Positions 57,516 through 64,000 of a stretch of DNA of 64,000 nt are shown here, one piece after another. Where the stretch lies: the NCBI GenBank assembly GCA_965212015.1, contig OZ243037.1:1280001-1344000 (forward strand), read 5' to 3'. The translations under genes and the position numbers were made by a program. Every line of letters starts with the position of its first letter. The first letter of the stretch is position 1. The notes below the pieces were generated by a model. That model had not been told where the DNA came from and made no database searches. It saw nothing but the letters and a program-made list of their open reading frames with translations. The stretch is from Cenarchaeum sp. GTDB lineage: Archaea; Thermoproteota; Nitrososphaeria; Nitrososphaerales; Nitrosopumilaceae.

Positions 57516-58544
57516 ATGAACTGGCGACTGGTTGCTGTCCCGATAAGCATGATTCCGATCGCCATCATAATAGTCCAGTTTGACATCAAGCTGGAGGACA
57601 TTTTTGCAGTAGGCGCAGTCCCGTTTGGCGCCGCAGTTGCAGCAATGATGGCCAAGCTCGGCCTCCAGGGAATAAAATTCACCTATATTGCCAGGCACTA
57701 TCTTGGCCCGATAGACTCTGTATGGAAGATGTCCGGCGTCCGTATTGGCAGCGAGTTCATAAAGTTCACCACGCCGATGTTCGTCGGCGCCGAGTTCGTG
57801 GTGATATACTGGATGCACAAAAAGGGGGTCCCCACGCCAAAGGCCATGTGGGTCGCCATACTGGATATCGTAACTGAGGTGTTTGCCGCCGGAATATTCT
57901 CGATCACGGCGGGAATCGTCGCGCTGCTAAGCGGGGCATACGTGGTTGCCACGGTGATTCTTGGAACCGGCGTATCGATAACGCTTCTCTGGCTTGTCTT
58001 GTTCTTCCTCTCCTCCAAGCGCACCTTCCAGGTTCCGGGACTCATCGCGGGACTCGCCGTCAGGCTCGGCAAGGACAAGGGACGAAAGTACATTGATCAG
58101 ACCAACACGTGGATGTACGAGGTCTGCATGATGAGCAGAAAAAACATCAGGACAAAAGAGTCCAAAAAAATCTTTACCGGCGGCCTGGCGCTGTCGCTTG
58201 CGTCGTGGTTCTTTTACGGCGTGTCGTTTATGATAGTTGCATCCGGGGTGGGATATTCCATCGGCGTGTTTGACTCGGTGATGGCAGTCATGGGCGCAAA
58301 CGCAATAGGCAACCTGCCCATCACCGTCGGCGGCTCCGGCCTGGCGGAGTTTGGCATAATTGCATACCTCAACGACCTTGATCCGTTCAACTTTGCAATG
58401 CCTGAAAAGTCGCTAGAGTGGAACGCCGTAATTGCGTGGCGCATTGCCACCTATTACGTGCCGATCGCCATAACGTGGATACTTTTGGTAAGGCTTGCAC
58501 TTAGCAGATACGCCGAAAAGATAGACAACGGGCCATCAAAATAG
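57516..58544 (+). CDS. LPG-synthase TM / flippase-like (UPF0104) protein
   Basis: TTP..GAE, LPITVGGSGLAE, WRIATYY; multi-TM. Confidence 0.85.
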   Translation: MNWRLVAVPISMIPIAIIIVQFDIKLEDIFAVGAVPFGAAVAAMMAKLGLQGIKFTYIARHYLGPIDSVWKMSGVRIGSEFIKFTTPMFVGAEFVVIYWMHKKGVPTPKAMWVAILDIVTEVFAAGIFSITAGIVALLSGAYVVATVILGTGVSITLLWLVLFFLSSKRTFQVPGLIAGLAVRLGKDKGRKYIDQTNTWMYEVCMMSRKNIRTKESKKIFTGGLALSLASWFFYGVSFMIVASGVGYSIGVFDSVMAVMGANAIGNLPITVGGSGLAEFGIIAYLNDLDPFNFAMPEKSLEWNAVIAWRIATYYVPIAITWILLVRLALSRYAEKIDNGPSK

Positions 58545-58904
58545 TCACTTGATGGGCACCAGGCCTCTTAGCTCGAACTTGGATACGGCATCCATGTCCA
58601 TGCCCTTTTCCTTTTGCAGAAACTCTGCCACTTTTTTTTCCAGCGGCGCCCTAAAGCAGTCCGGCGCAAGCTCGTATACCGCCCCCTTCTCCAGCGCACT
58701 GTCCTTTATGCATCCCGACAGATCCACCGTGACTATGTGGCGCCCGTCCTCCACCGGCTTGTTCAGCTGTACGTCAATCCTGTCGTCCGGGTCATAGACC
58801 TCTAAAATGTGTCCCGTCCCTTTCCACGGTCTGGGCTTTCCGAATTTTGCGCTGCGAATCCCGTCGATGACCCACTGTGGAATGTCCTCCTTTTTACTGG
58901 CCAT
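58545..58904 (-). CDS. Hypothetical protein
   Basis: 119-aa ORF tiling between neighbours. Confidence 0.65.
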   Translation of the reverse strand: MASKKEDIPQWVIDGIRSAKFGKPRPWKGTGHILEVYDPDDRIDVQLNKPVEDGRHIVTVDLSGCIKDSALEKGAVYELAPDCFRAPLEKKVAEFLQKEKGMDMDAVSKFELRGLVPIK

Positions 58905-58913
58905 GCAGGCTCT

Positions 58914-59222
58914 CTAGACTTCCTGCTTTTCCTTTTTGCTTTTCTGCCACCATTCCTGATAGTCGTACTGTTTGTCCTCCTTTGTGTACTCCCTCTGGTT
59001 GAGCCTGGCCCTGATGTCGCTGATTTGCTCCCTCGTGGCGTACAGGCCGCATTTCTTGCAGATAAAGTGCTTTGTTCGCGGATCCATCTTCATTGGGATT
59101 TCCACATCTTCGAACAGCTTGAAGAGATCGTCCCTGTTCCTGTCCTCCTCGGCAGTCTCTGACTCGTATTTCTCCTGGATCTTTTTTTTGGCTCTTGCCA
59201 TGCATTCGGGACAGTTGGGCAA
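58914..59222 (-). CDS. Zinc-ribbon hypothetical protein
   Basis: CPEC and CKKC pairs separated by a charged insert. Confidence 0.72.
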   Translation of the reverse strand: MPNCPECMARAKKKIQEKYESETAEEDRNRDDLFKLFEDVEIPMKMDPRTKHFICKKCGLYATREQISDIRARLNQREYTKEDKQYDYQEWWQKSKKEKQEV

Positions 59223-59367
59223 CGCAGACAGTGCCTAATTTTTTCCATAAAAGCGTTCCCTTGCCGGCCAAGCGATCTGATACGCGGATTATGTCTTCAT
59301 CCCTTTCGGTCAGTTCGCCCATCGAAACACCGCGTATCAGACACAAAACCCGCCTCCCCGATCGCTA

Positions 59368-60603
59368 TTATCTCTTGTTTTCAAGAATCTCCTCTGCCAT
59401 TCTGGCTGCGTTTTTTGCGCCCTCCCCGTTAAAGTTCGCCGAAAAATCCCTCAATCCGTCCTCGAAGATGTCACGGTGCTCCCTTATCTTGCGTATTGCA
59501 GAGAGCACCTGTTTTGTGTTGTTTGCCAGTACCCCAAGATGCCTCTCCTGGGCCCACCTGATCTGGTTGGTGTGCTCGTCGTAAACCGGCATTCCGATTA
59601 TGGGCTTTGATTTTGCGCCCATTATCTCGCCCATGACCGTGTGCGATCCGTTTACCACCGCATAGCTGCACCGATCCAGGACACAGTCCTTGTCCTGCTC
59701 TGAGAGGAACCCCGCGTCTATCTGTATCCAGTCGATTCCCCTTTCTGCGGCCTCGGCGATGCCGTATCTCCTGCCGTCCGTGCCGGTCACAGAATCAATC
59801 GATGGGTCGTCCCTTGCATGGGAGACGATCCTCCTTTCACGCCTCATCTCGTCGGCTGCAAAGACCCGCTCGTACCTCCGTCCGGTCCCGTCGTTAGTCG
59901 ACTTGTTTCCCGTGCGCATCCAGTATCCAAACTCCGCCTTGCCGATTAATTTTTCAAGGTGCGACCTGCCGCTCTTTGCGATTTTTTTATCGTCCGTAAA
60001 ATGACCCACGTAAAAGACCTTTTTCATTATCTTTTCTGGAAAGTTGAGGTTGTACTGGCACATTGTATGCGGCGGCTCAGAGTCGGCCACGAGAATCCTC
60101 GAGGCCTTGGCTATCTGCCTTGCGACAAACACCATGGGGAGGTAAAGATAGGATCTGGATCTCCACAGCCTTGGCATGAACTGGTTTGTTATGAACATGC
60201 TGGGGATGCGCCTGTTGCGTGCAAGGACGTTGGATCCCATGTCGCCGTCGTTTATCACCAGATCAAACCTCTCCTTGTCGTACAGCCTCCTCTCCTCCCT
60301 TAGGTACCTTGAAACCTGTACTACCAGCGGGGGGTTCTCCGAGACTGGCAGCAGCACGTTGAGCATGGAGCGCGAGATGCTCGGGCCCAGCCTGCCGTCG
60401 ACTGGCGTCGGCATCAGGATCTCGTGTATGTTTGGCCCGTCTTTTGGAAACCTCTTGATTAGATCCTCGTAGACTGGCGACTTGGTTGAAATGTGAAACT
60501 CTGCTGCGTCGCCAAGGCTTGCCCTTAGAATGCGGTTCAGCCTCATCATCCTGGAATAGTGCCCGTTTCCCCAGGGATAGATGAACTCGCCGATCTTTAC
60601 CAT
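59368..60603 (-). CDS. GT-B glycosyltransferase (GT28/MurG-like)
   Basis: GNGHYSR, ITNQ, GSHTVMGE, PVYDEH. Confidence 0.85.
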   Translation of the reverse strand: MVKIGEFIYPWGNGHYSRMMRLNRILRASLGDAAEFHISTKSPVYEDLIKRFPKDGPNIHEILMPTPVDGRLGPSISRSMLNVLLPVSENPPLVVQVSRYLREERRLYDKERFDLVINDGDMGSNVLARNRRIPSMFITNQFMPRLWRSRSYLYLPMVFVARQIAKASRILVADSEPPHTMCQYNLNFPEKIMKKVFYVGHFTDDKKIAKSGRSHLEKLIGKAEFGYWMRTGNKSTNDGTGRRYERVFAADEMRRERRIVSHARDDPSIDSVTGTDGRRYGIAEAAERGIDWIQIDAGFLSEQDKDCVLDRCSYAVVNGSHTVMGEIMGAKSKPIIGMPVYDEHTNQIRWAQERHLGVLANNTKQVLSAIRKIREHRDIFEDGLRDFSANFNGEGAKNAARMAEEILENKR

Positions 60604-60605
60604 GC

Positions 60606-61703
60606 CTACTTACCGGCCAGCTTGTCTAAAATGTCGTGTACGTTGTTTGGCCCAATCTCCACCGTGATGGTTTTCGAGTCAACAGATGCGGTGCCGGCCG
60701 GTTTTTGGGGTCCTGCGGCGCCAATCCCGTGCAGTCCCTTGGGCATGAATTTTTCAAGGCCCACCTCCCTTGCATTGGTGTAAATCTCTTCTTCCAGCGC
60801 GCCAAGGGGAGTGTATGCGGTGATTTTATGCCTGACAAAATCCCAGATAAACCGTTCAATCAGCCTTGCAGAAAAAATCACCGGCGAGACGGGCAGCGAG
60901 ACGCGGCTGATCTTTTTTTCCTTTGCCACCTTTTGCATTATCCCAAAAACGGCGCCAAGGTATGCAAGATGGCCCGCCCCGCCCGGACTGACCCTGAAAA
61001 ACCCCAGCTCTACGCTTTTTCTGGCCAGCCTTGGAATTATCCTGTTGATCATCTTTGCCAAATCCAAAAGCTGGGAGCGTTTTTTATAGCACACTATAAT
61101 CTCCACGTCAAAGCCCTGCTTGATTGTCTCCATGCACGAGACTGCCGAGAGCCCGTCAAAAACGCAGCAAAGCATGCTTTCCCCGTGGATCCCGCACGGG
61201 ACTCCCCCCAGTCCCCTGTCTGAAAAAATGCACACATATGCGTGGGATCTGGTCAGAAACGTGTACAGCAGCTTGTTGTGATTGTCCTTTGTACCCGGCT
61301 GCACGCCGGTCTTTGAGGACTGTTCAATGATAGACGAGGTTGCGGCCATCTCTAGATCACCGGGAACAAACCCCCTTGAATCCCCCTCTACCTTGACATA
61401 AAAGACGTCGCCGCCTAGCAGCAGCCGCATACCTATTTTTGAAATCTCTGATTCTATGACCCCGAACCTGTTCTCCGTCCGTCTGGCTATGGCGACTTTT
61501 TTTATCCCGAAAAGCAGTCTGATCGCCGAGGAGGCAAAGACGGGATCATCTGCGTCCACGACTATCACCGGCCCGTCCCTCCTGACGGATTTGTATTGCT
61601 GGTTCCTGATCTTCAGTATCCTCCTGATATTCTTGATTAGCAGTGCGGGTCTTTTTTGGGCAAAGGCGGAGGGAAATACGACCACGCAAGAGTTTTCTGT
61701 CAT
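60606..61703 (-). CDS. THUMP-containing ThiI-like protein with degenerate PP-loop
   Basis: LFGIKKVAIA, FYVKVEG, GLGGVP followed by CCVFDGLS instead of SGGxDS. Confidence 0.7.
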   Translation of the reverse strand: MTENSCVVVFPSAFAQKRPALLIKNIRRILKIRNQQYKSVRRDGPVIVVDADDPVFASSAIRLLFGIKKVAIARRTENRFGVIESEISKIGMRLLLGGDVFYVKVEGDSRGFVPGDLEMAATSSIIEQSSKTGVQPGTKDNHNKLLYTFLTRSHAYVCIFSDRGLGGVPCGIHGESMLCCVFDGLSAVSCMETIKQGFDVEIIVCYKKRSQLLDLAKMINRIIPRLARKSVELGFFRVSPGGAGHLAYLGAVFGIMQKVAKEKKISRVSLPVSPVIFSARLIERFIWDFVRHKITAYTPLGALEEEIYTNAREVGLEKFMPKGLHGIGAAGPQKPAGTASVDSKTITVEIGPNNVHDILDKLAGK

Positions 61704-61890
61704 TTTCCATACGTGTTTGGGCGTGCTGGGAATAATACTGTATGTCTGGAGGTGCGTGTGGGGTTTGTGGCGTAAAGTACGGGATTTGAACAAGGCGGCA
61801 AGCCCCCATTTTTTCGTGACCTGGCAATCCTCTCAAATCCCGTGTTTCTCACGACTAACAGACAGGCCTGTCTGTACGACAATTCGCAGC

Positions 61891-62340
61891 CTAGACTGCC
61901 GCTATGAACACAGATACGGATCCCCCGGTGTCTCCGTTGGGATCTATCGCAATGTCCAGGAACTGCCCCTCTCCCACCGTGAACTCTTTTTGTCCCAGAT
62001 AGTCCCACGTAAAATACTCCGAGATCGGAGACTTGTGCGAGGTCCCCTCCAGCTCGAACTCTTCAAAAAACGAGAACGCCTCCCCGCTTACCCGTATGGA
62101 CAGCGCCTGCGGGCTGGATCCGCTTGGAACAAACCTGAACTTGTAATCGCCGGCGGCAAGCCAGAACTCCTCGGAGTATCTGCCGTTCTCATAGATTTCC
62201 GGATCCGCCAGTAGCACATGATAGGCAAAGTCCGTGCCGTCTGACACGTCTGATACCACGACCCTTAGGATCAGAACCGCCACTATGGCAATGCCGACTA
62301 GGACGCCTGCCGCCACCACTCTCATGCCGTTTACAATCAT
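61891..62340 (-). CDS. Membrane-anchored hypothetical protein
   Basis: N-terminal TM, beta-rich acidic domain. Confidence 0.7.
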   Translation of the reverse strand: MIVNGMRVVAAGVLVGIAIVAVLILRVVVSDVSDGTDFAYHVLLADPEIYENGRYSEEFWLAAGDYKFRFVPSGSSPQALSIRVSGEAFSFFEEFELEGTSHKSPISEYFTWDYLGQKEFTVGEGQFLDIAIDPNGDTGGSVSVFIAAV

Positions 62341-62629
62341 TCCGGAGTTAAATCAGTTGCCCGCACTCTGCCCCTGATCAAGACGCGGCGGCCTGCCGGC
62401 CGATCCGTTCGCAGGAGGCGGCGGGATAATGGCCTCACACATCCCCGGGTACCGCGCTTGCCCATCTGGATGCCCTGTATGAGGGACACATCGGCAGTCA
62501 ATACTGGGATCCGACCCGCCATATCCGGGGTTTGCCTGCACTCAAAACCGTCTTTTGTTAGTCAATTTTTACACCATGTGAACCATAATTCACACCCTCC
62601 ATTAAGAACGGATTTTTAGAGTCGTATTT

Positions 62630-63280
62630 GTGTCAAAATTCCAAAACACGTGGTCAAAATCGTCCAATCCGGGCCTGTCTGAGAGGTTAGGCGACGTTGT
62701 AAAGCCAAAGGGCGCGCTAAAGCCCAGGGTACAGGCGGCAATTGTCAGGCTGCAAAAACAGATCTCAAAGCTTGACGGAATGCTCTCCAAGCTAAACGAA
62801 AGGGACGCAAAACTCTTTGAAAGAATCGTGGCGGCCACCCAGCAGCACGACACCCATACGAGCAGGGTGCTCTCAAACGAGCTGGCCGAGGTCAGAAAGG
62901 TCAGCAGGGTGCTAGGAAACGCAAGGGTTGCCATTGAACAGATAGAATTACGATTATCCACATGCAGTGATCTAGGCGACACCGTCATGGCAATGATGCC
63001 TACGGTGGGCCTGATGAAGGGAATGAAGTCGTCACTCGGCAAGTTCATGCCCGGTGCAGATCAGGAGATCAGCAAGATGGCAGACATGCTAGGTGGGATG
63101 ATGACTGAAACCTTCTCCGCAGAGACGACGTTTGGCACAGAAGAGGGAACCAACCCGGAGACTGACAAGATTCTGCGAGAGGCCGCAGCGGTGGCGGAGA
63201 GCTCAGTAGATACAAAATTCCCGTCCACCCCGCTTGATCTGGGCGAACAGTCCGAATCGGCCACCACGAAATTCATGTAA
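62630..63280 (+). CDS. cdvB: CdvB / ESCRT-III (Snf7) paralog
   Basis: Helical hairpin, NELAEVRK, EQIELRL.T..DLGD, ILREAA, C-terminal FPSTP. Confidence 0.88.
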   Translation: MSKFQNTWSKSSNPGLSERLGDVVKPKGALKPRVQAAIVRLQKQISKLDGMLSKLNERDAKLFERIVAATQQHDTHTSRVLSNELAEVRKVSRVLGNARVAIEQIELRLSTCSDLGDTVMAMMPTVGLMKGMKSSLGKFMPGADQEISKMADMLGGMMTETFSAETTFGTEEGTNPETDKILREAAAVAESSVDTKFPSTPLDLGEQSESATTKFM

Positions 63281-63282
63281 GT

Positions 63283-63798
63283 CTAGCCGAGTTTTTCTCT
63301 TGACTGCCTAAAGCTCTTAATCCTGTCGCCTTCGGAGTTTATTATGCCGTCTATTCCAGCCAGGCTGTTTTTCAGCTCGTCTATGATTCTGCCCACCTCG
63401 TCGGCCTCGCCTTCCACGCGGGACCTCTTTTGGGTGAGATCCCCGATTCCACGGCTCTCCTCGCCTATGTATTCCCTGACCTTTTCTAGCTTTTCTTTTA
63501 GGTTTCTAATGTCGACTGACTCGTCTTCGATCTCTTTTTCAAGCCTTGTCCTCTTGTCCCTGAGGTTTTTGATCATCAATCCCACATAGTCTATTGCCTC
63601 CTCCAGCTTTGCCCGCTTGTTCATCAGGGAATCTATTCCAATGTCAGAGCCTGCCGCGGGTGTGGCGTACTCTGCCTTTGGCTCGCCGTATTCTGCTCCC
63701 GCCTCTGGTGCGGTCCCCGTCTCTTCAAAGGCAGGCGGCCTCTCCTCGACTATTCCCCCGCCATCATCTTTTTTCAACCGATCGAATAGTCCAACCAT
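63283..63798 (-). CDS. Coiled-coil hypothetical protein
   Basis: MVGLFDRLKK N-terminus plus ~110-aa heptad region. Confidence 0.7.
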   Translation of the reverse strand: MVGLFDRLKKDDGGGIVEERPPAFEETGTAPEAGAEYGEPKAEYATPAAGSDIGIDSLMNKRAKLEEAIDYVGLMIKNLRDKRTRLEKEIEDESVDIRNLKEKLEKVREYIGEESRGIGDLTQKRSRVEGEADEVGRIIDELKNSLAGIDGIINSEGDRIKSFRQSREKLG

Positions 63799-64000
63799 GA
63801 CTGTTTTTTGTACCGGGTGGATGTTATTAAGCGTATGATCGAAAAGTACAAAGTCGCCCATGCCGCCCAAGAGATCCGTGATGCGAAATTCACGTCTGAT
63901 CGCAGCGGAACGTGACCACACACTCGATCAGATATGATCCCGCAGATTGCCGCCATTTCGCCTGATTTTTGACAATCGGCCATGGGCATCCGGCCGCCCG

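Noticed and set aside
62341-62560. SRP RNA or RNase P RNA
   Set aside because: Signature motifs (SRP helix 8 GGAA loop with AGCA; RNase P GAGGAAAGTCC) not found
63895-63932. 8-bp inverted repeat TCTGATCG/CGATCAGA
   Set aside because: Short, near the window edge, compatible with chance

Overview
Core-genome segment of an ammonia-oxidising-type archaeon (Nitrososphaerota/Thaumarchaeota, Nitrosopumilaceae-like). This is inferred from gene content: Cdc6, PolD DP1, PCNA, RpoL/TFS, FttA, EgsA, CdvB plus SepF, CFI-box/PEF-CTERM proteins and dispersed cobalamin genes. The DNA looks GC-richer than typical planktonic Nitrosopumilus (by eye only), possibly a host-associated lineage. The window opens at the probable replication origin: two perfect 30-bp ORB-like repeats and phased TTAAC boxes lie between cdc6 and a divergent uncharacterised gene. 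About 70 densely packed CDS follow, plus two tRNAs (Arg-CCT with a non-canonical D-loop intron; Val-GAC with an atypical C33). No CRISPR array, rRNA, integrase or transposase was seen. Best leads: (i) the origin architecture plus the divergent gene as a possible second origin-binding system; (ii) a 22-bp perfect palindrome in front of hsp20-cdc48 next to a divergent ACT-like gene; (iii) an orphan corrinoid-binding MtrA-like protein; (iv) small ORFs missed by the ORF track, including a tandem paralog pair; (v) NikR-type operator geometry upstream of znuACB; (vi) several degenerate-active-site paralogs. All product calls come from motif recognition, not database searches; many starts were trimmed by eye and are approximate.
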